44,442 nt of DNA, taken from a virus. Lineage: Duplodnaviria > Caudoviricetes. The stretch is from IMG/VR virus record IMGVR_UViG_3300044274_000297, positions 1 to 44,442 of that record; one strand, written 5' to 3'. The notes below the pieces were generated by a model. It had not been told where the DNA came from. It made no database searches and saw only the letters and a list, made by a program, of their open reading frames with translations. The stretch's first letter is position 1, and the number at the start of each line of letters is the position of its first letter. Below are positions 8,730 to 17,859 of this stretch, piece by piece. Position numbers and translations under genes: made by a program.

Positions 8730-9907
8730 CAGTCAACAATGCTCCAGGTCAGGCCGCCAGAAGTGGTGCCGGTGTTGCCCTCAGAGGGGGGAGTTGCAGA
8801 CGCATTGTCGCCTTCGCGGAAGGCTTCCATTCGGCCCCTGAACGTCTCAATCGGGTTCTGCAACGCGTCGATTTCGGCACGCATCTGATCCCGCAAGGCG
8901 TCGGCTTCTTCTGGCGTTTCTGCCCGCTGGCCGCGCAAGGCATAGTCTTCGACAATACGCGCAAGCTGCATGTCGTAGGTGTTGATGGCGCGCATCGTAT
9001 CGATGATAAGCTGGTTGCCGCCGGGCTGGTTGATAAGTCGGGGAACCGACTGCTTGAACAACTCCAGATCGGCGTCGGACATTGGCCCGGAACCGGGCTG
9101 GCGCTGTTCTGGCACGAGGCTGTTGATCATGGCCTGCGCTGCCTGAACACCCGACGCGTCCCCCAGATCGACGCCCCAGTTGCCCGCGAACGAGGTGATC
9201 GCGGCATCCAGACCTTGCGGCGTTTCCGAGAGAAGTTCTTCAAGCTGGGACAGACGAGCCAGATTGCGCGCCGCCGGGTCTCCGGCATCGATTAGGCGCT
9301 CGTACCGCTTGGTCGCGGCAGTGCCGAGAGAATCCCAGAACTGGTTTGCGCCTGACGATTCATCAGGCAGGTTCACCGTGACCAGCGATCCGCCAACCTC
9401 GGAAATCTTGCCATCCGCGCCGCGCTGGTAAACCTTGGACGGATCAAGCCCAAGGGAGCGCGCTTCCTCGCTGGTGAGTGTCGAGAACTGGCCCTCTGCC
9501 GACCCCTGCTCAAGCTCGAACTCGAACTTCTCCATGGCCAGATCGATTTGTTGCTGGTTTTGCGCAGTCTGGATTTGCTGCAAGGCGGTCATGGACGAGC
9601 GCGCCACGAGCGGGGCCAGATCGGCCCTGCCCCGGAAAGGCGTCACGTCGATGCCATGAGCCGACAAATATTCCAGCCCTTCCTCGAACCGTGCGGGATC
9701 AGGCTTGCCGTTGATGTCGCCGTTCATCGACCCAAGAGCAAGCGACCCGATCATTTCGAGCCCGGCCCGCGCCTGTTCAATCTCAGCAGTTTTGATGTTG
9801 GTCTTGGCGGTAGCCGCGTTGGCCGCACCCGTCATGCCTTCGGAGAAACTCCCCATTGCATTGAAATTCGCAGGCTGGATGCCCAGCGCCATGGGTTGAA
9901 TAGCCAT
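8729..9907 (-). CDS. DNA ejection protein (P22 gp20 position)
   Basis: PGSGPMSDAD motif typical of ejection proteins; AAGGAG RBS; synteny. Confidence 0.7.
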   Translation of the reverse strand: MAIQPMALGIQPANFNAMGSFSEGMTGAANAATAKTNIKTAEIEQARAGLEMIGSLALGSMNGDINGKPDPARFEEGLEYLSAHGIDVTPFRGRADLAPLVARSSMTALQQIQTAQNQQQIDLAMEKFEFELEQGSAEGQFSTLTSEEARSLGLDPSKVYQRGADGKISEVGGSLVTVNLPDESSGANQFWDSLGTAATKRYERLIDAGDPAARNLARLSQLEELLSETPQGLDAAITSFAGNWGVDLGDASGVQAAQAMINSLVPEQRQPGSGPMSDADLELFKQSVPRLINQPGGNQLIIDTMRAINTYDMQLARIVEDYALRGQRAETPEEADALRDQMRAEIDALQNPIETFRGRMEAFREGDNASATPPSEGNTGTTSGGLTWSIVD

Positions 9908-10139
9908 TGCCGTTCTCCTTGGATGGATTGAAATAGACCGGCGACATCATGCCCCCGATCACTCCCTCGCCGTTGGTGACGACCAACCCAGCCGGGTTGT
10001 CGATCAGGAATGCGAGCATTCGCCCGATGGCGGCGCCATCAAATTCGCCCATCCACTTGTGCGGACTCATGGCGTGGAATTTCGTGCCAATTTTGACCAG
10101 AGCCGGGATGTCTTCTGCTATTGCGAGGCGCGGCGTCAC
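9783..10139 (-). pseudogene. Truncated/chimeric duplicate of GNAT-like gene
   Basis: N-terminus identical to 11158-11583 up to YFNPSK, then runs out of frame over the next gene. Confidence 0.75.
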
Positions 10140-10508
10140 GAAACGACCGCCCCATCAGAAACACGCCGCCAGTTGGTCCCGTCCGAGGTGGCCAGGGTGC
10201 GCCCGCCAACCTCGTCTGACACGATGATAACTCCATTATCGTAGGTCGCGGCGCTCGGCAGAGACGCAACGGCGTGCTCCGGGAGTATCGGAGGGGTCGA
10301 GAACGTCTTTGCCGACAGGGTTTGTGTGTCTGTCGTTCCAACAACAGCGCCAGTCGGTGCGGTTTTTAGCGCGAATGCATCAAGGTTGGCGCTGTAGGCC
10401 TGAACATTAACCCCGATCTCAAGGCCAAGCGTTACCCTTTGCGCCGCCGCATTGGCATCATCGAGGATTGCGCGCCCCGCAGCTGTGATCGGGCTTTCGG
10501 CCCATGTG
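9918..10508. repeat. 591-bp direct repeat, derived copy
   Basis: Identical to 11362-11952 (offset 1444); identical shadow ORFs in the ORF track. Confidence 0.95.
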
Positions 10509-11157
10509 ACTGGAATGCCATCCATCCGAGGGCGTTTGAAACATTGTTCGTGGCGCCGCTCAGCGCGTTTGACCACGCATTGGCGCTCCCGACATAACCA
10601 GAGGCCCGTGCCGCTCCCATATCCGAAATCGCCTGTCCTGCCGAGTTGGCGAAGTTCTGACCCGCCGTTTGGTTGTTCCCGGCCTGCACCTGCCCGCCAG
10701 TCGATACCCCCGACAGACGATCCAGGTACGTTCCATAGGTCTGGTCAGCGAGCCCGGTGCGAAACCGCGTCAGGGCCTTGAGCGCCGCGCCGCTGTTCTT
10801 CATTCCCAGAGCGGAAAGGCTGTTCAGAACGCCCTTTTCGCCTTCCTCAACCGCGAAGTCGTACCCCGGCGTTTTCTTGAACCCGGATTCAAACTTCCCG
10901 GCCCTTGCCTCATCGGACAGGCCAAGTTCTCCCATATACGAGGTGAGCGCCTTCCGCCCCGCGTCCAGCCATGGCATGGCGTCCGCGCGGTTCTGGTTAT
11001 AAATCTTCTCTTGCAGCGCGACTTGCTTTGACGCGGCATCGGTTTGAGCCTGCGCAGCCTTGCTTGCCGCTTTGGACTGCATCCCGCCAGCGATCACAGA
11101 CCCAGCCGTGCCAATCGCTGCGGCGCCAAGAATGGCTGCTGTCGTTCCAATGGCCAT
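10432..11157 (-). CDS. DNA transfer protein gp7-like (C-terminus extended by the duplication)
   Basis: Hydrophobic Ala/Gly N-terminus, TPGYDF...G and SGAALKAL.RF motifs of the gp7 family. Confidence 0.8.
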   Translation of the reverse strand: MAIGTTAAILGAAAIGTAGSVIAGGMQSKAASKAAQAQTDAASKQVALQEKIYNQNRADAMPWLDAGRKALTSYMGELGLSDEARAGKFESGFKKTPGYDFAVEEGEKGVLNSLSALGMKNSGAALKALTRFRTGLADQTYGTYLDRLSGVSTGGQVQAGNNQTAGQNFANSAGQAISDMGAARASGYVGSANAWSNALSGATNNVSNALGWMAFQSHGPKARSQLRGAQSSMMPMRRRKG

Positions 11158-11583
11158 TTATTCGAGACCCTTCACATAGCGCCGCTCAAGCGGCACAAAC
11201 CCCATGCGAGTGACCACCCGGTCGATCACGTGGGACTTGTCATTTTCCAAAGTCGAGAGCAGCACATAATCTGCCCCCATGCCTCTTGCCTCTGTATTGA
11301 ACGCCTTGAGAAGATCGCGCCCGCCGCTTCCAGCGAACCAGAACGATTCCTCCATCATCCACTTGGATGGATTGAAATAGACCGGCGACATCATGCCCCC
11401 GATCACTCCCTCGCCGTTGGTGACGACCAACCCAGCCGGGTTGTCGATCAGGAATGCGAGCATTCGCCCGATGGCGGCGCCATCAAATTCGCCCATCCAC
11501 TTGTGCGGACTCATGGCGTGGAATTTCGTGCCAATTTTGACCAGAGCCGGGATGTCTTCTGCTATTGCGAGGCGCGGCGTCAC
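11158..11583 (-). CDS. GNAT-fold structural-module protein (P22 gp14 position)
   Basis: R.A..EDIP start, E.FWF, GRDLLKAF..EAR..GA, RMGF motifs. Confidence 0.75.
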   Translation of the reverse strand: MTPRLAIAEDIPALVKIGTKFHAMSPHKWMGEFDGAAIGRMLAFLIDNPAGLVVTNGEGVIGGMMSPVYFNPSKWMMEESFWFAGSGGRDLLKAFNTEARGMGADYVLLSTLENDKSHVIDRVVTRMGFVPLERRYVKGLE

Positions 11584-11952
11584 GAAACGACCGCCCCATC
11601 AGAAACACGCCGCCAGTTGGTCCCGTCCGAGGTGGCCAGGGTGCGCCCGCCAACCTCGTCTGACACGATGATAACTCCATTATCGTAGGTCGCGGCGCTC
11701 GGCAGAGACGCAACGGCGTGCTCCGGGAGTATCGGAGGGGTCGAGAACGTCTTTGCCGACAGGGTTTGTGTGTCTGTCGTTCCAACAACAGCGCCAGTCG
11801 GTGCGGTTTTTAGCGCGAATGCATCAAGGTTGGCGCTGTAGGCCTGAACATTAACCCCGATCTCAAGGCCAAGCGTTACCCTTTGCGCCGCCGCATTGGC
11901 ATCATCGAGGATTGCGCGCCCCGCAGCTGTGATCGGGCTTTCGGCCCATGTG
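11362..11952. repeat. 591-bp direct repeat, source copy
   Basis: Lies within two intact genes; identical to 9918-10508. Confidence 0.95.
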
Positions 11953-12395
11953 TCAACGCCCGTTGTATAAGCAAGGCGATCAGCCGCTGTCCCGAGGGCG
12001 GATAGAGATTCCAGAGTGGCGTCATATGCCTGAACCGTAACGCCTATGGCTGTCGATTGAAGAACGAGCGCCGCGAGAATCCCGGCATCGACCAAATCCC
12101 CATCGCCATTCCACATGGAGAGCGAGCTTGCCGCGCCTGCGGTGCCCGTAACCACCCATGCATCAACGCCTGTGCGTGTTTTCAGGCTGGCGGTGCCTAT
12201 ATTCTGGAGCGTGTTGTCGTCGCCATCGATGGTCTTGTTGGTCAGCGTCTGCGTTTCGGTCGTTCCGACAATTACCGCAACGTCTGCCGTAAGGTTATCA
12301 ATATTGGCCAGAAACTGCGAGGTGATCGCGGTCGGCAATCCCTTGAGCCTGTCTGTTAACGGCATACGTGGGTTGAACCGAAACCTTGAGGTCAT
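11580..12395 (-). CDS. Tail fibre/needle-like protein
   Basis: TQTLTNKTI, VQAYDA.L and GRAILDDANAAAQR.TLGL fibre segments; gp26 position. Confidence 0.7.
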   Translation of the reverse strand: MTSRFRFNPRMPLTDRLKGLPTAITSQFLANIDNLTADVAVIVGTTETQTLTNKTIDGDDNTLQNIGTASLKTRTGVDAWVVTGTAGAASSLSMWNGDGDLVDAGILAALVLQSTAIGVTVQAYDATLESLSALGTAADRLAYTTGVDTWAESPITAAGRAILDDANAAAQRVTLGLEIGVNVQAYSANLDAFALKTAPTGAVVGTTDTQTLSAKTFSTPPILPEHAVASLPSAATYDNGVIIVSDEVGGRTLATSDGTNWRRVSDGAVVS

Positions 12396-13762
12396 TGCTC
12401 AACCTCAAGGTCTGCATGCGTCGAAACAATCGAGAAATTCACATCGTCGGTGACGTACAACTCAAGCGCCGGACGCCGCCCCTGCCCCAGATTGCGCCAT
12501 ATAGCCCTGCGCTTGTAATTGCCCGTAGCACCGAGAGACCGAACCCGTTCGTTACCGAACGTCTCTCCATCCCGTGCCACGCGCATCATGACGTTGGCGT
12601 CCTTCCCGATCTCGGCGCGGCCAACCTCGGCATCGAGCCAGAAGGAATTGATGGTGATGCGGCGCCCGTCAGCGTCCAGAGGCGCAGAAATGCCGCCCCG
12701 TCGCATGATCCCGCCCTCATCCTTATTCAGTCCCGTCACGAGCCGTACAATTCCCGCCGGGGTCGCCTGATAAGTCGAGTTGTGGCCCGCTGATCCGACG
12801 ATCTGCCAATCATCCTTGCCGAACGTCTCTGCGACGTTCCAAAACCCGGTCGCTATGTTGTATTGCAGGGTCAACTCCCCCGGAAAGCTCAGGGTGTAGA
12901 ACTTGTGGCCGCCCATGGTGTAAAAGAACGCCTCTGCGGCGGCTTTCCCGACGTCACTGACCGCCTCGATCATCCGCTCGACGGGATGGGTCGAAATGCG
13001 CAGCGGGCGGTAACCTTCGGCCCGATAGGCGACGTAATCATCCCCGAGCCAGAATACCGTGTTGTCATCGGCGGCGACCGAAAGGGCAGCGGCGCAACCG
13101 CGCTCCATCTGGGCATTGGAGAATGGGGAGAACGGGAAGTCCGCTCCGCCCGACAGTTGCCATATCTCGACCGAACGCGACCCGAACAGCCACAATTCGT
13201 TATGAGCGACGAACACTCTGACAATCGGGTCTGGGTAACTCTCAGCCGTGGCGAAATCGAGCGCATCAACCGATGAAAAGTCATTGACGCCGGTGATGTA
13301 GAATTGCCCGGTGCCGGCTATGTTTAATATCCCGAATCCACCCTGATAGGCAAGTGTGCCCACGGGCTTGTTGTCTGGAATCGTCACCTCGCTCAGCGTC
13401 GTCCCATCGTAATGATAAGCCTTGACCCCATCGGCAATCATGATCTCGCCGTTGTCGTCAAAGATCATCGTGCAGCGGCCCGCGCTGCTGGACAGCGTTC
13501 CCTTGCTGGTGAGCGTCGTGCCGTCGAACTGGTAGAGCGTGGCGCCGATCACCAGATAATGCAGGTTGTTGAAGCGCTCAATGCAGCGCTTTTCGCCCGT
13601 GACGGCATGGACAAGATCAACAGCAGCCCTCTGCCGGCGCGTCAGCCTCTTGCGCCCCGAGATTTCCACCTCGGCAAACATGTTAACCAAAACTTCCTGG
13701 CTGTTCTGCCGAACCTCGGACTCGCCAACATAGGCCGCAAACGGGATCTCAACCTTGGGCAT
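12392..13762 (-). CDS. Packaged DNA stabilization / tail hub protein (P22 gp10-like)
   Basis: LDFATAES.PD, LWLFG..SVEIW, IST..VE and WRNLG motifs. Confidence 0.85.
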   Translation of the reverse strand: MPKVEIPFAAYVGESEVRQNSQEVLVNMFAEVEISGRKRLTRRQRAAVDLVHAVTGEKRCIERFNNLHYLVIGATLYQFDGTTLTSKGTLSSSAGRCTMIFDDNGEIMIADGVKAYHYDGTTLSEVTIPDNKPVGTLAYQGGFGILNIAGTGQFYITGVNDFSSVDALDFATAESYPDPIVRVFVAHNELWLFGSRSVEIWQLSGGADFPFSPFSNAQMERGCAAALSVAADDNTVFWLGDDYVAYRAEGYRPLRISTHPVERMIEAVSDVGKAAAEAFFYTMGGHKFYTLSFPGELTLQYNIATGFWNVAETFGKDDWQIVGSAGHNSTYQATPAGIVRLVTGLNKDEGGIMRRGGISAPLDADGRRITINSFWLDAEVGRAEIGKDANVMMRVARDGETFGNERVRSLGATGNYKRRAIWRNLGQGRRPALELYVTDDVNFSIVSTHADLEVEQ

Positions 13763-14472
13763 CAGCGATCACCGTAGCTGGTGGGGCGAATGGTGATCGA
13801 GCCGTCGCCCCGGCCTGTGTCAAAACTCGCCAGTTTGCCGTAAGCCAGTTCGGCCTCTCCGATGATGGTCTGTCCGCGCGGCGTGCCCGAGCCGCCGTAA
13901 TAAACTAACAGGCGACGGGCCAAGTTGAGCGCAACGGCCTCGGTCCATTCCTGCGGGAGATCGAGATTGTTTGCCGCCCCGTCCATATCCATGACAACGC
14001 GGCGATAGGTGAATTTCAGCGTTCCCGCCGTGGCATCAGGCGCGGGCCAGACATAGAGTTTGGCAGAATCCCTCTGCCGGTCATAAAACCATTGCGTCGG
14101 GTAGCCCTTTGTCGCCTTGTTCGGCAAATCCTGATATTCAATCCGGCTCATCTGGCACATAGGCAGATCGTTGCCGCCGCGATTGATGCGAACGTCGATC
14201 ACATCGAACGGCAGAGTGGTGAAATCCCCGCCCGCGCCGAAATCGTAAGCCTCCTGACCATCAACGAGAGTTAGCGTCCCCTCGGTCATGGTCCATGTCA
14301 TTGGCATGTCGGCCTGCCACGCCTTGAGCATCATGTTGAGCGTGCGAAGCCCACGGTTGAGCTCAAAGGCTTCCATGGGTTCTTCCTCGGCAAAGACGCC
14401 CAGCATGCCCAGCGCCGTCTCGACAACTTCGTTGGCGGACAGCGTGAAATCAACGGAGTTGGAAACGGCCAT
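13762..14472 (-). CDS. Head-to-tail adaptor (gp4-like)
   Basis: LNMML..W, Y..LPNK...G.P and LYVWP.PD motifs; synteny. Confidence 0.75.
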   Translation of the reverse strand: MAVSNSVDFTLSANEVVETALGMLGVFAEEEPMEAFELNRGLRTLNMMLKAWQADMPMTWTMTEGTLTLVDGQEAYDFGAGGDFTTLPFDVIDVRINRGGNDLPMCQMSRIEYQDLPNKATKGYPTQWFYDRQRDSAKLYVWPAPDATAGTLKFTYRRVVMDMDGAANNLDLPQEWTEAVALNLARRLLVYYGGSGTPRGQTIIGEAELAYGKLASFDTGRGDGSITIRPTSYGDR

Positions 14473-14709
14473 CTACAAGTCCTCGGGCTGCACGTCATTG
14501 ACGCCCAGAAACACGTCCTCGGGACGCGGGCGCGGGTCCTTGACGGTCTGGTCATCACGAACGCCGCGCACGTAGTCTTGAGGATGACGGGGCTCCCAGC
14601 ATGTGTCTTTGCACACCCGGAGCCCCGTCCATTCCTTGCGCGTGTCATAGGCACGGCGTTTGAACCCGCACCGGTCGCAAATGCACCAGTGATGATCCTT
14701 GCGGCTCAT
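14473..14709 (-). CDS. Small Zn-ribbon structural-module protein
   Basis: CDRCGF...EW.GLRVC..CWE.RHPQ. Confidence 0.7.
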   Translation of the reverse strand: MSRKDHHWCICDRCGFKRRAYDTRKEWTGLRVCKDTCWEPRHPQDYVRGVRDDQTVKDPRPRPEDVFLGVNDVQPEDL

Positions 14710-15083
14710 GACTTGGACAGTTCCAGAACGAGAGAGTAGCTATCCCCGACCGCGTGGCCGGTCGTGGTGAGCAAGATGTCACCGGTCACGCCCGCGCCAG
14801 CGTTGTTGGGAAGCCCACCAAAGCCCGTAAAGTCAAAGCAGCCGTCACCAGCCAGATCGATAATGCGAACGTCCGCCGTAGCGTCCCATAGCAGCGTGGC
14901 GACCATCCCCGAGACGGTGTAGTGGATTTTCTCCACCTTGACCCGTGACGGAGCGCCGGAGAGAGTAGACACATCGACCTTGAGGACCGCGCTTTCGCCC
15001 GTGCCATCGCTCAGATTGGTGAGCTTGATCACAGCATTGCGCGATCCATCGATGATGGTCTGCGATGTTACAGCGTCAGCCAT
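14706..15083 (-). CDS. Virion structural protein (hypothetical)
   Basis: 125 aa beta-rich ORF in head-completion module. Confidence 0.65.
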   Translation of the reverse strand: MADAVTSQTIIDGSRNAVIKLTNLSDGTGESAVLKVDVSTLSGAPSRVKVEKIHYTVSGMVATLLWDATADVRIIDLAGDGCFDFTGFGGLPNNAGAGVTGDILLTTTGHAVGDSYSLVLELSKS

Positions 15084-15134
15084 TTCATCATCCTTTCAAA
15101 GGAAAAGAGCCGAGCAGGGCCGTGCCCATCGCTA

Positions 15135-15656
15135 TCAAGCTTTGAACACCACGAACGAAATGACCAAAGTGCCGTCGAAAGCAACCGATGCGTGATCGTT
15201 CTTGACGAGAATGACCACCGAGCCAGCCGCTGGGGTGACGCGCGTGATGACCGGCGTTCCGGCGGTTGCCGTGCCGTATGCTACGCTTGCCAGAACGATG
15301 TCCGCCGCCGCGATGGCTGAGTTTGTCAGTGTCAGCGTATATTCTGCCGCCGCCGCCGTGGTGAGCGCTGCGGTCGTGACCTTGCCCGAGTTCTTGTTGA
15401 GCGTGGCCGCGCCAGCAGTAGCCGTAGCCGTCTTGGTGCCCGTATCGACCTTGATCGATGAAGCCGTTACCGCGCCAGTGACTGAGGTGGCCCCGGTCAG
15501 CGTCGTTGCGCCATCAACCGACAAATCGCCGGTGATGTTCATGTTGGAAGCCGTTACCGCGCCAGTGACTGAGGTGGCCCCGGTCAGCGTCGTTGCGCCA
15601 TCAACCGACAAATCGCCGGTGATGTTCATGTTGTTGCGGAATTTGGTGGTAGCCAT
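15135..15656 (-). CDS. Head fibre/decoration-like protein with duplicated 29-aa segment
   Basis: Thr/Ala/Gly-rich fibre-like sequence just after capsid gene. Confidence 0.65.
   Translation of the reverse strand: MATTKFRNNMNITGDLSVDGATTLTGATSVTGAVTASNMNITGDLSVDGATTLTGATSVTGAVTASSIKVDTGTKTATATAGAATLNKNSGKVTTAALTTAAAAEYTLTLTNSAIAAADIVLASVAYGTATAGTPVITRVTPAAGSVVILVKNDHASVAFDGTLVISFVVFKA
15460..15633. repeat. Perfect 87-bp tandem duplication (in frame)
   Basis: 15460-15546 identical to 15547-15633. Confidence 0.95.
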
Positions 15657-15667
15657 GATTTTGAACC

Positions 15668-15741
15668 TTTCGATAGAAGGATTGCCCGCCCGGTCGCTAT
15701 CGCGTCTGTCCGGTCAGTGCGTGCGGGTTGAGAAGCCGGAA
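15668..15741 (-). ncRNA. Structured cis-RNA, Mu-gpT-DE-like pseudoknotted element
   Basis: Downstream of gpT-like capsid gene; CTGAC..CAGAC..CGAC core and three interleaved complementary pairs. Confidence 0.6.
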
Positions 15742-15770
15742 AGAAAAAGGCCCCGCCCGAAGGCGAGGCC
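15741..15770 (-). terminator. Terminator after major capsid gene
   Basis: GGCCTCGCC-TTCG-GGCGGGGCC-TTTTTCTTT. Confidence 0.85.
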
Positions 15771-15779
15771 AAGGATCGA

Positions 15780-16688
15780 TTAAGCGCCAGGCGTGCCGTA
15801 CACAGCGCGCCAGTCGGACCAGCCGAAGGCATACCGTTCGGTCGCCTTGTGTTTGAAGTTGCCCGTCTCGAAGTCGCTGTCCTTTTCAAGGGCCAGCGGA
15901 CGACGATTGAGCAGCTTCAAACCATCGGAGGCGTCGGTCTTGATGAACCATGCGTCGGCATCGGTCAGGAACGACCACACCATGACGCCATCAGGCAGCA
16001 GGCCCATGGAGCGCATGGCATTGATGGCGTTGTTGGCCGTGTCGTTCTGGAGCTCCGATTTGACGATGCGCGTGGCTTCGAACGCATTGCCGGGCGCCAC
16101 AATAAGCTTGCGGGGCTTGAGAGCAATGCGCAGGCCGCGCGAGTCGGTCGCGTTCATGATCTGGATGAACATGTCCTCAAGGGACGCCTCACTCAGATCG
16201 GCGGCGACCGCCAGTTCGTTGGACTGGGTGCCGTTGGCCGTGGGATGGTCAGTGGCAATCAGTTCCTTGCCGTCACCGCCGGTAAAGCCGGAGTTGAACG
16301 CGCGATTAAGCACGTTCGCACCAACTGTTTCCTTGGTGTGGCGCATAGACCGGCGCAGCGCCTTGACGCGGCGTTCGGCCTGGGTCTTGTACTGGTTGTC
16401 CTCGACCGCTTCCTCCGTCACGATAAAGCCAAGGCCATAAGTCACGTTGGTGTAGCGCGTGACATAGCCGTTGACGGTCGTGTCGTAGGAAATCGAGCCG
16501 CCTTCGGATTTGACCGGCGCAAGACCGAAGCCGGTAAGCTCCTGGTCTTCCTCGTAAGCCTTGTCCGAAGTGCCCACGTCGAACACCATCGTGTGTTCTT
16601 CGGGCTGGTCCTTGTACATATTGCCCCAAATGGCCTGCAATCCGGGCCAAAGGAACTTCGGGTGTGTACCCGTAGTGATGGGTGCCAT
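15780..16688 (-). CDS. Major capsid protein (Mu gpT-like family)
   Basis: S.KAYEED..L.GFGLAP.K.EG, GGDGK.L.ATDHP, ERYAFGWSDWR..YG.PGA. Confidence 0.9.
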   Translation of the reverse strand: MAPITTGTHPKFLWPGLQAIWGNMYKDQPEEHTMVFDVGTSDKAYEEDQELTGFGLAPVKSEGGSISYDTTVNGYVTRYTNVTYGLGFIVTEEAVEDNQYKTQAERRVKALRRSMRHTKETVGANVLNRAFNSGFTGGDGKELIATDHPTANGTQSNELAVAADLSEASLEDMFIQIMNATDSRGLRIALKPRKLIVAPGNAFEATRIVKSELQNDTANNAINAMRSMGLLPDGVMVWSFLTDADAWFIKTDASDGLKLLNRRPLALEKDSDFETGNFKHKATERYAFGWSDWRAVYGTPGA

Positions 16689-16703
16689 CTGTCAGATCCT
16701 TCC

Positions 16704-17336
16704 TTAGATGCCCAGAGTGCCGACGGTGCCCTGGTTTTCGGTGTGCTGATTAATCATCACAACGACCTTGGCATGCGTCAGGGTGGTGTCATTGTCTTCA
16801 CGGTTGACCGCGCGGACGATCAGGAGCTGGTTGCTCGCGTCAGCCGCAGGGACATCGAAAGTCGTATCAAGCTCAGCCCCAGACAGCCCGGACGTGGTAT
16901 TGCCCGAGTGCGTGTAGATGAGGTTGGCGTTGAGCCCCATGGACGCCGCAGGAACCGCACCATCCGCCTGAATTTCGAATTCAAGGAACGGATCGTCGGC
17001 CACCCAGGCAATCGCCTCGGTGCTAGCGGGGCTGTAGTTGCGGCTCAGGTTGTCGGGGTCAGCACCGAAACCGATGATGACGCCTGTGATGCGGTTGGTG
17101 TCGCCCGCCGTTGCCTTTTCGATCTGCGGCAGCGTGCCGATAGCGAAATGGCCAAGGCCGGGAGCATCGACGGCTGCGGTATTGGAGCCGGCGGCAACCT
17201 TGATCACCGGATCACCGATGAACAGGTTTGTGCTGTAGCCCGACGCGATATAGTACGGGTTGGCCGCACCATTGTAGGGCGCGCCGGACTTGTACCGAAT
17301 GGGCTTGAGCCCAAACGGAGTGTCATTGTTCGCCAT
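16704..17336 (-). CDS. Capsid decoration/minor head protein
   Basis: MAN.D.PFGL.P, IF.GD.V and V.DDP..FEIQ pattern; upstream of capsid. Confidence 0.7.
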   Translation of the reverse strand: MANNDTPFGLKPIRYKSGAPYNGAANPYYIASGYSTNLFIGDPVIKVAAGSNTAAVDAPGLGHFAIGTLPQIEKATAGDTNRITGVIIGFGADPDNLSRNYSPASTEAIAWVADDPFLEFEIQADGAVPAASMGLNANLIYTHSGNTTSGLSGAELDTTFDVPAADASNQLLIVRAVNREDNDTTLTHAKVVVMINQHTENQGTVGTLGI

Positions 17337-17396
17337 AACGGGAACTCCTGTGATTTAATTGGGAATGTGCCGCACCCGATCTGGCGAAGGGCCGAT

Positions 17397-17846
17397 CTAG
17401 CGGCTGATCGTATTGACCCCATTGGGGGTGTAGGCTACGTCACCGGAAAGCTCGGGAGCTTCCTTTTGGTGGTTGGCGCCGCGACGGATGGCGTTGTCCA
17501 TCTCATCGAGGGGCCGCTGCTTTTCCTTCTGATCCTCGGCGTACCATTGCTTGCGCTTGCGCATCAGAACGGCACGGTAGGGCTTGCCCTCATCGGTCCC
17601 GACGACCTTTGACTGCGCCGATACATCTTCGTCAGAACCGAGAACCGCACCTTCCGGCGCAGGGTCCCAGTCATCGGCATGCATCTGCGCCATGCGGGCG
17701 CCCTTGTCGTTGACCCAGCGATATTCGTAGTTGTTCCGGTCCAGCTTGCTTTCATCGACAGCAAGATTGATACCGGACAAGACGGTCTCGCCGCGCTTTT
17801 TGCGGCGTTCCGTGCGTTCCTCGGTCGCGCGATTTTCGCGTGTCAT
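17397..17846 (-). CDS. Head-module hypothetical protein
   Basis: YRWVND...LM..K.WY.ED pattern; between scaffold and decoration genes. Confidence 0.65.
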   Translation of the reverse strand: MTRENRATEERTERRKKRGETVLSGINLAVDESKLDRNNYEYRWVNDKGARMAQMHADDWDPAPEGAVLGSDEDVSAQSKVVGTDEGKPYRAVLMRKRKQWYAEDQKEKQRPLDEMDNAIRRGANHQKEAPELSGDVAYTPNGVNTISR

Positions 17847-17859
17847 GATCTGTTCCTTC

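Noticed and set aside
9918-10508. IS element, invertible tail-fibre cassette or DGR template
   Set aside because: Direct, identical copy of phage genes; no transposase, invertase, terminal inverted repeats, target duplication or A-specific mismatches
10136-10576. Independent second tail-fibre gene
   Set aside because: Its N-terminus is an out-of-frame read of gp7 joined to the duplicated fragment
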